Below, in pieces: positions 47,471 through 56,497 of a DNA stretch of 56,497 bases. The notes beneath the pieces were generated by a model, which saw only the letters and a list, made by a program, of their open reading frames with translations, searched no databases and was not told where the DNA came from. The DNA comes from Candidatus Thorarchaeota archaeon (GTDB lineage: Archaea > Asgardarchaeota > Thorarchaeia > Thorarchaeales > Thorarchaeaceae), in the NCBI GenBank assembly GCA_048882965.1, contig JBHLRC010000003.1:1-56497 (forward strand), in the 5' to 3' direction. How positions within the stretch are numbered: position 1 is the stretch's first letter; every line of letters begins with the position of its first letter. Made by a program: the position numbers and the translations under genes.

Positions 47471-48214
47471 CTAGCTCTTTAATGAAGTGATTGCATCTAA
47501 AGCAACGGTGACTAGATTATCGATTGGAGGTTTCCCTACAATCTTGGCTTCCTTCTCGACATTCTCTCCTATAGCTACGCATATTGCCCCAACCTTGACA
47601 TTACGCAATTGACCAATGACAAACAGGGCCGCTGCTTCCATCTCCGTAGCTAACACATTAGCCTCTCTAAGCATCTCCCATTTTCTAAGTGTTCCTTCTG
47701 GATCTGTGACATAGCTAGAGTGTTCACTATAGAATGCATCTTTGCTGTGTCCTATACCAACATGAAATTGAACACCGCTTTTTTCTGCAGCTCTGGTCAA
47801 AGCCATGACCATCTCTGGATGTGCCACAGCTGGAAATTCCAGGGGAACATACTGTATAGATGTGCCTTCATCCCTCACTGACCCGGTGAATATAACAAGG
47901 TCTCCGGAACTAACAGACCGACTTATAGCACCAGACGTGCCCACACGGACAAATGTAGTACAGCCGACATTCACAAGCTCTTCAATAGCAATTGCTGCAG
48001 ATGGACAACCAATCCCCGTTGAACAAACTGCAACTGGTACTCCTTTCCACTTCCCCTTAAAGCTCCAATACTCTCGTTTCTTTGCTATTTCTTTCGGTTC
48101 ATCAAAGAATCCCATTGCAATGGCATGGGCACGATCTGGATCTCCTGGTAATAAAACGAGCTCGGGAATTTCTCCAGCTGCTATATCTATGTGGTACTCT
48201 CTGTTGCCTGTCAT
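47471..48214 (-). CDS. udp: Uridine/nucleoside phosphorylase (PNP_UDP_1 family)
   Basis: LPGDPDR, STGIGCPSAAIAIEEL, RVGTSGA, EMEAA. Confidence 0.9.
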   Translation of the reverse strand: MTGNREYHIDIAAGEIPELVLLPGDPDRAHAIAMGFFDEPKEIAKKREYWSFKGKWKGVPVAVCSTGIGCPSAAIAIEELVNVGCTTFVRVGTSGAISRSVSSGDLVIFTGSVRDEGTSIQYVPLEFPAVAHPEMVMALTRAAEKSGVQFHVGIGHSKDAFYSEHSSYVTDPEGTLRKWEMLREANVLATEMEAAALFVIGQLRNVKVGAICVAIGENVEKEAKIVGKPPIDNLVTVALDAITSLKS

Positions 48215-48324
48215 GTGATAACCTTCTGGCGTGGTTATTATTCACAAAAAAAGGGTTTCGTCATAGCTCAAGTCAAATTAGAGATAGGCTTAAGAACCCA
48301 ACAGGAACGACCTGCATGGTTACA

Positions 48325-48546
48325 ATGAGCGAGGAAATAACCGAGCTTCAGAAAAAAATCCTAAATGTGATTATTGCAGACTCCCGGAGACCCGGTGCTA
48401 TTACATCGATTCTGAAAAGAAAAATAGAGTGCAATCAAAATGATGTTATGCAAGCTCTTTTGGACCTTGAAAAGAGAAAACTTGTGGAAAGATCCAGTTC
48501 GAAAGCATGGTCTGCTACTGGTGATGCTGAGGACTACATAGATTGA
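48325..48546 (+). CDS. Small winged-helix protein (73 aa)
   Basis: ITELQKKILNVI...VMQALLDLEKRKLVER pattern; the upstream part of the tracked ORF overlaps udp and is probably spurious. Confidence 0.65.
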   Translation: MSEEITELQKKILNVIIADSRRPGAITSILKRKIECNQNDVMQALLDLEKRKLVERSSSKAWSATGDAEDYID

Positions 48547-48559
48547 ATTCAATCGTTCA

Positions 48560-49546
48560 CTATAGGTGCTTGATTAACGCTCGTACGATATCATAAGTTA
48601 ATTGCGGGTTTTGCTCGCAAAAGGTTTCTGTATAGATTGTATTTGTTGTGACAATCAACCCCCGTGCTTTTTCAAGTAGTTCTTCCAGCAGCTCTTCACC
48701 TCTCTCAATTAATGGCAGCACATGAGCTACTGCCATGCCAACATCAACAGCTCCTTGATTTCTCAATCTGTCTGCTGCTTTCAGAAGGGTGCTCCCACTT
48801 TTTGTAAGGTCATCGACAACAATAACCTCCTTGTCCTGAACCTCAATGTTACCATGTAAGTCAACTTTGAATGAGTTTTCGCGGTTCTTACCAAATCCCT
48901 CGATTTTGTATCTTTCCTGTGCCCCTTCGTCAGGAGTCACTAGAATGCAGTCTTTAAAACCAAACTGTGATTTTGCTAATTCGATTAATTCTGGAATGAC
49001 ATCGATGGTTTCGTAAAGCTTCTTCTCTTTCAGATTTTGTACCCAATCAAGACTGTCTGGAGCATGTGGATTGACCACCCATATTTTATTGCAGGCTTTT
49101 GCTATGGTTTCAATTGCCCATCGTCCTGAGATGGCTTCACCTGTTTTGAAGGCCTTGTCTTGCAAAGCAAACGGTTGAAAGGTCAGTACTACTTCAACAC
49201 TTTAAGGAGTTCCAATTGGTTTGCACTCATAGCACTTGTGTCCGATTTCTTGGACTGCCACCGGTCTTGATAGAAGATCAAGAAGCAGAAGGAGTTCAAC
49301 AACACGGTCTGAAGTGGTGTACTGTTCGTGTTCAGCAGGTCCTGATCCTGTGCAACTCTGGATGATTATAACGCGTCTATTAGAGAGTTCAGAAACATCT
49401 TCCAGTTTTGCATATATGTCTGCATTTGGGAAAAGTCTCCTTCTATCATAATTGAGCGCAGATGTGAACACGCGGAAACCTTCCTCTTGAAAGCTCTCCT
49501 TCAGATGTTCTGCACCACTGGCTAAGATGATATCATAGTCTTTCAT
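48560..49546 (-). pseudogene. prs: Ribose-phosphate pyrophosphokinase-like gene interrupted by an in-frame TAA (49202-49204)
   Basis: The two tracked ORFs share a frame: ...PIGTP*SVEVVLTFQPFALQDKAFKTGEAIS. Motifs FPNAD, TPDEGA, VVDDLTKSGSTL. Confidence 0.75.
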
Positions 49547-49682
49547 AATAGACCGCCATGTGTGGGCGACAATTCTGCCTTTATGAGATTTGTCCCCTGT
49601 CATTTTCTGTTCAAGGAGTGGTTCGGTAACCTAAAATGGTAGTCATGTAATTGAATCATGCCACCATAGGTACGTGCTATGA

Positions 49683-50399
49683 TTGAGTCTGACTGCGAGA
49701 GACCTGTTGCAAGAGCTGGCTAATGACGTTGGACTACCCTATCCTTCTATTGCGAGAAAGGTCAACCGTATGATGACAAAAGGAATGGGTCTTATTGATT
49801 CAGTCAGACAGATTGCCAAGGAACACGGACTCTCGGAAACCAAGTATAAGATCAATGCTAGCAAAATAGTCAAAGAAGCAGAAAAGATTCTTCGTGAGGA
49901 CTACACACAAACGTTGATGATATCTGCAGTTCTTGGTCAAATGGTGGAAGCTAAGGGAAGAGACCGTTTCCCTGCACCCGCATTCTTTGCTTTCACTGAG
50001 GTACTGTCGAGAATTCCTGATGCCCCTCGCGACACGAAATCCGAATCATCCACTGAGATTGAAGAAAGCACAACAAGGATAATTGAATTGATGACGACTC
50101 TTGTATCCGTCTTATGTGAGTGGTCTGACAAAGGAATCGTCGGTGTAGCTGAAGATTGTCCTGAAACTCTGCGTGATATGGCAAGAGTTGTTTTCAGAAA
50201 GACCAAATTACTACAAGGAGGTCTCTGGACATGCATCTCTTGTGGAGAGATTGTAAACGTGAGAGACACAAAAGCACTCATGTGTGCCAATTGTGACAGT
50301 GAAATATCCCGAAGTGACATCCATGAACGATTTAATCACTTAGCTGGAAAAACTCGAACTGGATATGGACAAACATCTTCGGAAGATCAAGAGGACTAG
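49683..50399 (+). CDS. Hypothetical helical protein with C-terminal Zn ribbon
   Basis: CISCG...CANC motif pair. Confidence 0.8.
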   Translation: MSLTARDLLQELANDVGLPYPSIARKVNRMMTKGMGLIDSVRQIAKEHGLSETKYKINASKIVKEAEKILREDYTQTLMISAVLGQMVEAKGRDRFPAPAFFAFTEVLSRIPDAPRDTKSESSTEIEESTTRIIELMTTLVSVLCEWSDKGIVGVAEDCPETLRDMARVVFRKTKLLQGGLWTCISCGEIVNVRDTKALMCANCDSEISRSDIHERFNHLAGKTRTGYGQTSSEDQED

Positions 50400-51046
50400 C
50401 ATGCTAGTTGAAACTCAAGACCAGTCTTGAGAAGCATCAGGGCTTCATCCACATCTGTTTGTGTGACTGATACCTCATCAATCTGGAGGATAATCTCTTG
50501 GTCTCGGGTTTCTTCAAGAAATAAGACTACTGGATCCAAACCCGCGGTACTCCCTGCACTAATGAGTGGTGCTGCAACACCATCGTAATAATCTGATCTA
50601 CCCAAAGGGACATCCATTCGCTTTAGTAAACGATCACCCTTCTTTGACATTACCTGACCGCATGTAGGTCCATCATGTGTCATGACTGAAATGACGAAGC
50701 GTGTTGGGACATTGCCTCTTAGATAGAATAACATGTCTATAATCCAGTCATATTCTTTGAACATGACATCGCCGAATATTAGCATCAAATCATCAGAAAC
50801 CATCCCATGGACAGGGACTACTGGTGGCTTGAGTTCTACAGGATACCTATTCCATGTTGAAAAAGCTGGCGAATTGAAGAGCAATACTGTCTCAAACTCA
50901 TTTTTCTCATACAAATTCCGACAGATAGCCTGCCCAAGGGGATTTAGTCCAAGTATGACTGAGAAGTTCTCTGTTATTTTCCTCTTTTTGTAGACCTCAA
51001 GGATCGGAGAAATCCACTCCTGTTCAAAATCTGGAACTTGTTTCAC
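50396..51046 (-). CDS. Hypothetical protein, possibly divergent PAC2 (proteasome assembly chaperone) fold
   Basis: VILGLNPLGQAICRNL...LLFNSPAF...LMLIFGD resembles the PAC2 N-terminal pattern; weak. Confidence 0.45.
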   Translation of the reverse strand: MKQVPDFEQEWISPILEVYKKRKITENFSVILGLNPLGQAICRNLYEKNEFETVLLFNSPAFSTWNRYPVELKPPVVPVHGMVSDDLMLIFGDVMFKEYDWIIDMLFYLRGNVPTRFVISVMTHDGPTCGQVMSKKGDRLLKRMDVPLGRSDYYDGVAAPLISAGSTAGLDPVVLFLEETRDQEIILQIDEVSVTQTDVDEALMLLKTGLEFQLAC

Positions 51047-51216
51047 CCACTCATTTCTTCAACATTGGAACTAATGACTGTTCTCATGGATTCTCTTTAG
51101 GATATGTTTACTTTTTCGGATTCAGTTGCGATGTCCTATCGATGAATTCAAAAGGAAACAACCTCAGCCGCGGGCATGTCAAGAGCACTAAATATGTGCA
51201 ATCTTGAGGTGATACA

Positions 51217-52476
51217 ATGTCTGAAGAAGTGAAAACACTCAATCCATTTGAGAATGCAAAGAAGCAGATAGATATTGTCGCAAAATACATGGATCTTGAT
51301 CCAGATATTATAGAGGTCTTGAAGCATCCGAAGAGAGTTCTAGAAGTAGCAATTCCCGTTCGAATGGATGATGGACAAATCAAGGTATTCACTGGATACA
51401 GGGTTCAGCATGATGAAGCTCGTGGTCCTTTCAAAGGGGGAATCAGATTTCATCCCCAAGTAAACCTAGATGAGGTGAAAGCGTTGGCTACATGGATGTC
51501 TATGAAGACTGCAGTAGTCGATATCCCTTACGGTGGTGCAAAAGGAGGTATTATTTGCAATCCCAAGGAGATGAGTCAACATGAACTTGAACATCTGACT
51601 AGAAGATATACTTCTGAGATTTCGTTGATAATTGGACCATATCGAGATGTTCCTGCTCCTGATGTTAATACAAATTCACAAACAATGGCATGGATAATGG
51701 ATACATATAGTATGAGTGCGGGTTATGCTGTTCCTGAGGTTGTTACTGGAAAACCCATTGCTGTTGGAGGATCTCTCGGTAGAAATGAGGCTACTTCAAG
51801 AGGCGTGGTGTTCTGTGTTAGAGAAGCTGCAAAGGTTGTCGGCTTGGATACAAAAGGAGCAACTGTAGGCATTAGTGGGTATGGAAATGTTGGTTACAAT
51901 GCAGCATGGTTGGTAGAAGAGCTCGGAGCAAAGGTTGTTGCCGTTAGCGATTCACGTGGAGCTATCTACAATCCCGATGGTCTGGATACTAAGAAAGTCA
52001 TGGAACATAAGGAGAAGACAGGTAGTGTCAAGGATTATCCAGGAGCCAAGAATATTGACCAATGCGATGTCTACGAACTTGATGTTGATATCCTGATTCC
52101 TTCAGCACTGGAGAATGAAATTACTGCTAAAAATGCTGATAAAATCAAAGCAAAGATAATCGTAGAGGGTGCAAACGGTCCTACGACACCAGCGGCTGAT
52201 GAAATTCTCTCTAAGAAAGGTGTGTTTCTTGTACCCGATGTTCTTGCGAATGCAGGAGGAGTCACTGTTTCTTACTATGAATGGTTACAGAACCTGACCC
52301 GAGAATCTTGGACAGAGGAAGAGGTCAATGGCAAGCTCGAAAAGCGAATTGTTACAGCTTTTAATGAAGTACACAATATATCAGAAAAGGAAGAAGTCCA
52401 TATGAGGACTGCTGCATATATCCTTGCAGTTGGACGGATCGCGGCAGCTCATGAACTCAGAGGGCTCTATCCTTAG
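51217..52476 (+). CDS. gdhA: Glutamate dehydrogenase (Glu/Leu/Phe/Val family)
   Basis: GPFKGGIRF, GGAKGG, DVPAPD, GYGNVG, EGANGP, ANAGGV. Confidence 0.97.
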   Translation: MSEEVKTLNPFENAKKQIDIVAKYMDLDPDIIEVLKHPKRVLEVAIPVRMDDGQIKVFTGYRVQHDEARGPFKGGIRFHPQVNLDEVKALATWMSMKTAVVDIPYGGAKGGIICNPKEMSQHELEHLTRRYTSEISLIIGPYRDVPAPDVNTNSQTMAWIMDTYSMSAGYAVPEVVTGKPIAVGGSLGRNEATSRGVVFCVREAAKVVGLDTKGATVGISGYGNVGYNAAWLVEELGAKVVAVSDSRGAIYNPDGLDTKKVMEHKEKTGSVKDYPGAKNIDQCDVYELDVDILIPSALENEITAKNADKIKAKIIVEGANGPTTPAADEILSKKGVFLVPDVLANAGGVTVSYYEWLQNLTRESWTEEEVNGKLEKRIVTAFNEVHNISEKEEVHMRTAAYILAVGRIAAAHELRGLYP

Positions 52477-52484
52477 ATTTGATG

Positions 52485-52518
52485 AGGCTGTCTTAGACAG
52501 CCTTTTCTCTCTTTTTTT
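52485..52518 (+). terminator. Hairpin plus T-tract after gdhA
   Basis: AGGCTGTC-TTA-GACAGCCT followed by TTTCTCTCTTTTTT. Confidence 0.7.
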
Positions 52519-52554
52519 ACATTTTCTAATCAGTTGTGTTCTTTGAATAATTAT

Positions 52555-52587
52555 GAAAAAGAGAAAGTTGGGGACCAAAGTCCCCAA
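52555..52587 (-). terminator. Hairpin plus U-tract after the gltB-like gene
   Basis: TTGGGGAC / GTCCCCAA followed on the minus strand by CTTTCTCTTTTT. Confidence 0.65.
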
Positions 52588-52602
52588 TAAAATGAAAAAG
52601 AA

Positions 52603-54231
52603 CTACATGTCTTCCAGAATCTTTTCCATTTGTTTTGCCTGATAGCGATGAGGCATTGGAATTCCAGTGACCTCTTCAGCTAGAGTTGTGAGTGAACATA
52701 CATCATCTCTATCGAGGAGATCGATCTTCCACTTTCTATTACCCGCAAGCAGCTGTTGAAGCCCAGTACCAAGACGTTCATGGTAATATGAAAAGACACC
52801 GATAGCTCCTTTGGGTATGTCTTTGTATTTATCACCCCACACGTCTCTGAGTTTGGGTGATGCAACCATATACTTCTCAGGATCATCACCATATGATTTT
52901 ACAAATGGCTTTGGAAGTTTGCCCTCTTCAGCCAACTCTGCGAAGTAAGCACCTTTGAAAGCTGCAGTTATTGGTGACCTAGCCATCGCCACAGCTTTGA
53001 CAAGTGGTTCTTTGCCATCCAAGTTGGACATTGCTATTGCTTTGAAGATAGCTGTTTCCTCCATTATTCCTCCGGCAATAGCGAGAGTCGGAACATGTTT
53101 GCCCTTTTTCTTGAGAATCTCCGCACACCTTAGCATTTGAGCGTAGAGATATAATGTTGGTGTACTTGCTTCATTCATCATCGGGACCGGAGACATACCT
53201 GTTCCTCCTCCAGCACCATCAAATGTTAAATGATCGACTTTAGCCTCTGATGCTACCTTGAATGTAAATGCAACGTCAATAGGTCTATATGCACCTGTCT
53301 TCATGAATACTTTCTTAGCACCATTATCTCTAAGCCATGCAATATCTTCTTGCATTCCCTTGAATTCTGGCATTCCAACACGACTGTGACGCTCGAATGT
53401 TTTGAACACCCCATCTTTGAATGCTTGCTCAATGATAGGATCGTCTGGATCAGGAATGACAACATATCCGCGGCTCTTCAGTTGCCTGGCTCTTTCTAAA
53501 CTATAGAGACGTACTTCTCCTCCAATAGCTTTAGCTCCTTGTCCCCACTTGCGTTCAATAATATTGACTTCAAGCTTGTTTATCGCATACAAATCTACAC
53601 CAAGACGTTGGTCCTCAACATTGGTTTGGACTGCAATATCTCCGTATTTTCCATCCCACCAATCACGATAAGCTCTGATTCTAAACTCCATGTCAGGTGA
53701 GTGTTCAATCTGCTTCTTACCACCAACTTCTTTGAATGTTGAGTCTGGATCCATTCCACAGACATTTTCACCAACTACTTGTACCACTCCCGAAAGCGCA
53801 GCACCACCAGCAATACTATCCCAATTTTGCTTTGCAACCGCAGTGGATCCAAGTCCTGCTGTGAAAACAGGGACTTTCATTGGAACACCACCAATTTTGG
53901 TGGATACATCAACATTCGGAAATATTGCCTTATCTGAATCTGCTTCAATTCCATGTGCACCTTGGACTTGGACCATTATCTGAAAGTCTTCCCATCCAAG
54001 ACCATAGTATTTGTTACCTGAGGCTGTACTGGCACCAAACTCCTCGGGTTCTGGATAAAGAACTTCTTTTCCACGAAAAGCTGATTTGCTAATCTCGCAC
54101 AAGACTGTACAAGTTCTTATACACGACGCACACATCCCCGAATGGGGATTGACATCTGATTGACGTGTCCTCGTTCCCGAGGAACCCCGTTTGTTTGTTG
54201 TTCCTTGATTAGGAACTCCTACTGTAGTCAA
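52603..54231 (-). CDS. Stand-alone glutamate synthase FMN-binding-domain protein with N-terminal Cys cluster
   Basis: CASCIRTCTVLC, KWGQGAKAIGGE, DGAGGGTGMSP, IAGG; TTG 54231 after GAGGTG. Confidence 0.9.
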   Translation of the reverse strand: MTTVGVPNQGTTNKRGSSGTRTRQSDVNPHSGMCASCIRTCTVLCEISKSAFRGKEVLYPEPEEFGASTASGNKYYGLGWEDFQIMVQVQGAHGIEADSDKAIFPNVDVSTKIGGVPMKVPVFTAGLGSTAVAKQNWDSIAGGAALSGVVQVVGENVCGMDPDSTFKEVGGKKQIEHSPDMEFRIRAYRDWWDGKYGDIAVQTNVEDQRLGVDLYAINKLEVNIIERKWGQGAKAIGGEVRLYSLERARQLKSRGYVVIPDPDDPIIEQAFKDGVFKTFERHSRVGMPEFKGMQEDIAWLRDNGAKKVFMKTGAYRPIDVAFTFKVASEAKVDHLTFDGAGGGTGMSPVPMMNEASTPTLYLYAQMLRCAEILKKKGKHVPTLAIAGGIMEETAIFKAIAMSNLDGKEPLVKAVAMARSPITAAFKGAYFAELAEEGKLPKPFVKSYGDDPEKYMVASPKLRDVWGDKYKDIPKGAIGVFSYYHERLGTGLQQLLAGNRKWKIDLLDRDDVCSLTTLAEEVTGIPMPHRYQAKQMEKILEDM

Positions 54232-54354
54232 TTTGTTACACCTCGTCCTGCTGGGGGCAGGAATTCGTAAATGGCCCACGCTAAAACAGCTACTTAAATC
54301 TAACCAGCCTTCAAATATGGAAACGAGAAAGTTGCTAGTGCAAAAGTGTACTAA

Positions 54355-54960
54355 TTATTGTCTGATGATTTCTAGAAGCTCAGCAAGTCTCCGTTTTACA
54401 TCAGACTCAACTGTACTAAGTTCGGCAAGTTGTCTAATATGATCTATTCTTCTCTCCCTATATTCTTCATCAGAAATCTTACCATTTCTTCTTTGGATTT
54501 CAAGTCTATCTGACTCAGTGTTTATCTCATCACGTCGAGCAGTTACAAGGTCAAATCCCTGCTTCAATGACATCCACTCTATCATCGCGTGAGACCTCTC
54601 TTCTTCCATTCTCTCTCTTCTACGACGTTCTTCTTCTGCTTTTTTCAACTGTTTGTTTGCTTCACGAATGGCTTTTTGTATCTCATACAGTCGGTTCTCT
54701 ACCTCTCTCTTCACCTGTACAATTTGAGTTGATTCTGCCCACTTCTCTCTATAGAGAATAATATGTTCTCCTTCGGTAATCTCACCTAGCTCCAGTTTTC
54801 TATCGATACGAGTAAGTTCTTCTTGGACATCAAGAAGCTGCTTCTTAACCTCATCATACGATTTCCGGAGTGAGACCCATTCCACGCTATACTGAGAGAG
54901 CATCTCTTTTGGATCTACATAGAATGCATCTTCTGGTGGCAATCCCTCATGATGGCTCAT
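54355..54960 (-). CDS. Coiled-coil protein with two G(E/K)I(T/S)xxE(H/Y) repeats
   Basis: LELGEITEGEH and RRNGKISDEEY in two similar halves; GGAG SD. Confidence 0.8.
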   Translation of the reverse strand: MSHHEGLPPEDAFYVDPKEMLSQYSVEWVSLRKSYDEVKKQLLDVQEELTRIDRKLELGEITEGEHIILYREKWAESTQIVQVKREVENRLYEIQKAIREANKQLKKAEEERRRRERMEEERSHAMIEWMSLKQGFDLVTARRDEINTESDRLEIQRRNGKISDEEYRERRIDHIRQLAELSTVESDVKRRLAELLEIIRQ

Positions 54961-55107
54961 CGATGATTACTCCTTGGGTGTATTCACCTGATATTGGTTG
55001 ACTTAACAAAGTTTCTAAGATGCCTAAATCAGTAGTTACACGTGTCGTCACCAAACCTATCGGCTTAAGAGGTGGAAATGTACAGTCATGAATTGTTGTG
55101 CATGAGA

Positions 55108-56172
55108 ATGAATATCGACATCGATTTAGTTCCCGATGCTGAACGAAAGGAAAAGCCAAAAGATGTTCTTCAAGTGTCTTTTGGGACAGTCTTTTCTGAC
55201 CATATGTTCTCAATGCAGTTTAGGAATGGCGCTTGGGGAGATATGCGGATTCATCCTTATGGTCCGCTTTCCCTAAGTCCTGCCGCTCTGTGTCTTCATT
55301 ATGGTCAAGGCATTTTTGAAGGAATGAAGGCATATCGAAGAGGTGAGAGAGTACTTCTTTTCAGACCCGAGATGAACTTCAAGCGTCTAAATACATCAGC
55401 AGAACGAATGGTGATGCCTACCATTGATAATGATTTTGCCCTGAACTCATTAAAGGAGCTTCTGAAAATTGACTCTGACTGGATTCCCGAAGTACCAGGA
55501 AGTTCTCTCTATATTCGACCAACAATGATTGCCACCGAACCCAAACTAGGAGTACGTCCATCACAGGACTATCTCTATTATGTTATTCTGAGCCCCGTGG
55601 GTCCCTATTTCAAGGAAGGATTTGCTCCTGTGAAGATATTCGTGAGTGATAAATATGTGAGGGCTGTAAAGGGTGGTACTGGCTCAGCAAAAGCAAGTGG
55701 TAATTATGCAGCAAGTCTACTGGCTGGTACTGATGCCGCAAAAGTTGGATATTCTCAAGTTCTATGGTTGGATGCTCTGGAAAGGAAGTGGATTGAAGAA
55801 GTAGGAACAATGAACCTGTTTGTGAGATTTGATGATGAGATAACAACACCCCCCTTGGGAGGTTCAATACTACCAGGGGTCACACGAAACTCAGTACTCA
55901 CTCTTGTCAAAGATTATGGTTTGACCCCAAAGGAGAGAATGGTTTCTATTGATGAGATTATAGAAGGTATCACTTCTGGTAAGGTGCAGGAAATATTTGG
56001 TTGTGGCACTGCAGCAATAATTGCGCCTGTGGGATCTCTCTGGTATAAAGACACTCCCTATCAAGTTGCAGATGGAAAAACTGGGGAGTTGACTCAACGT
56101 CTCTTTGATGACCTAGTTGGTATTCAATCAGGAGAACGAGAAGACCCCTATGGTTGGGTAGTGGAGGTCTAG
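55108..56172 (+). CDS. ilvE: Branched-chain amino acid aminotransferase
   Basis: LHYGQGIFEGMKAY, LYIRP, AKASGNYA (PLP Lys), EEVGTMN, ILPGVTR, GTAA. Confidence 0.95.
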   Translation: MNIDIDLVPDAERKEKPKDVLQVSFGTVFSDHMFSMQFRNGAWGDMRIHPYGPLSLSPAALCLHYGQGIFEGMKAYRRGERVLLFRPEMNFKRLNTSAERMVMPTIDNDFALNSLKELLKIDSDWIPEVPGSSLYIRPTMIATEPKLGVRPSQDYLYYVILSPVGPYFKEGFAPVKIFVSDKYVRAVKGGTGSAKASGNYAASLLAGTDAAKVGYSQVLWLDALERKWIEEVGTMNLFVRFDDEITTPPLGGSILPGVTRNSVLTLVKDYGLTPKERMVSIDEIIEGITSGKVQEIFGCGTAAIIAPVGSLWYKDTPYQVADGKTGELTQRLFDDLVGIQSGEREDPYGWVVEV

Positions 56173-56187
56173 TGAACCCACACATTC

Positions 56188-56349
56188 CTACTCTATTCCT
56201 AACTCTTCACGTTCTGCATCTGAAACATCTGGTTCATCAGTTTCCAGGCTGTCCCACTCTGGTGGAGGATCTAATGTTGCCTCTTCTTCCATTGAAGGAG
56301 GTTCTGGAACCTCCGGTTCGTAGAGTGGTTCAAGTGGCGCCGTTGACAT
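56188..56349 (-). CDS. Acidic Pro-rich C-terminal gene fragment
   Basis: STAPLEPLYEPEVPEPP...EREELGIE*; the upstream sequence does not continue a plausible protein in this frame. Confidence 0.4.
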   Translation of the reverse strand: MSTAPLEPLYEPEVPEPPSMEEEATLDPPPEWDSLETDEPDVSDAEREELGIE

Positions 56350-56497
56350 GCACCTTGAGCAGTTCTTCTCCGAGAGTGCAGCCCAATTGTTCGATTTGAT
56401 CATTCAGCTTGAATTTGGGAAAGAGCACTTTCCTCGCCAGGGTGAATCCGTTGGTATGCAGCCCGTTGGAGGAAATCCCGACCAGCACATCACCTTT
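56330..56497 (-). pseudogene. purM: Internal fragment of AIR synthetase (PurM), abruptly truncated
   Basis: KGDVLVGISSNGLHTNGFTLARKVL...TLGEELLKVH followed by VNGAT*; not in the ORF track. Confidence 0.75.

Noticed and set aside
49202-49204. Selenocysteine or pyrrolysine recoding in prs
   Set aside because: The stop is TAA, not TGA or TAG, and no SECIS-like element was recognised nearby.
328-56399. Numerous 60-180 aa ORFs overlapping longer genes (e.g. 6720..7256, 12991..13431, 35353..35796, 37192..37575, 49937..50320)
   Set aside because: Antisense or alternate-frame shadows of well-supported genes; Ser-rich, without motifs.
1-56497. CRISPR arrays, tRNA/rRNA genes, transposases or integrases
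   Set aside because: I saw no regularly spaced repeats, cloverleaf or rRNA-like segments, or recombinase motifs. Manual reading could miss a divergent tRNA.

Overview
Gene-dense, moderately AT-rich archaeal chromosomal window, most likely an Asgard archaeon. Thorarchaeia is an inference from the Snf7/ESCRT-III gene, a short archaeal histone, TATA-type promoters with GGAGG/GAGGTG SD sites, and the peptide-binding protein style. About 50 CDS. I saw no rRNA, tRNA, CRISPR array or transposase. Recognisable housekeeping genes include an Opp/Dpp ABC transporter, PGI/PMI, FKBP, Mrp/NBP35, IMPase, HAD phosphatases, a CaCA exchanger, threonine synthase, SurE, nucleoside phosphorylase, GDH, a GltB-like FMN protein and IlvE. 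Most notable signals: (1) a divergent locus where an 883-aa protein is a full-length, motif-dead FUSED paralogue of the two genes facing it (metal amidohydrolase + Cdc48-N-domain/vWA protein); (2) a ChlI-like AAA+ gene ending in an A9 run that opens the -1 frame into a membrane-anchored vWA gene; (3) three TATA-preceded, long-stem, CU-rich (anti-SD-like) candidate sRNAs within 2.7 kb; (4) a 1144-aa GCS2-type carboxylate-amine ligase with a long beta-sandwich tail next to a degenerate formylglutamate-amidohydrolase-like gene; (5) a circularly permuted OppA and a tandem oppB duplication carrying a conserved palindrome; (6) an unannotated 56-aa histone, apparent ATA/ATC starts, an in-frame TAA in prs, and a probable chimeric purM fragment at the right edge. 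All assignments are from manual motif reading; no searches were run.
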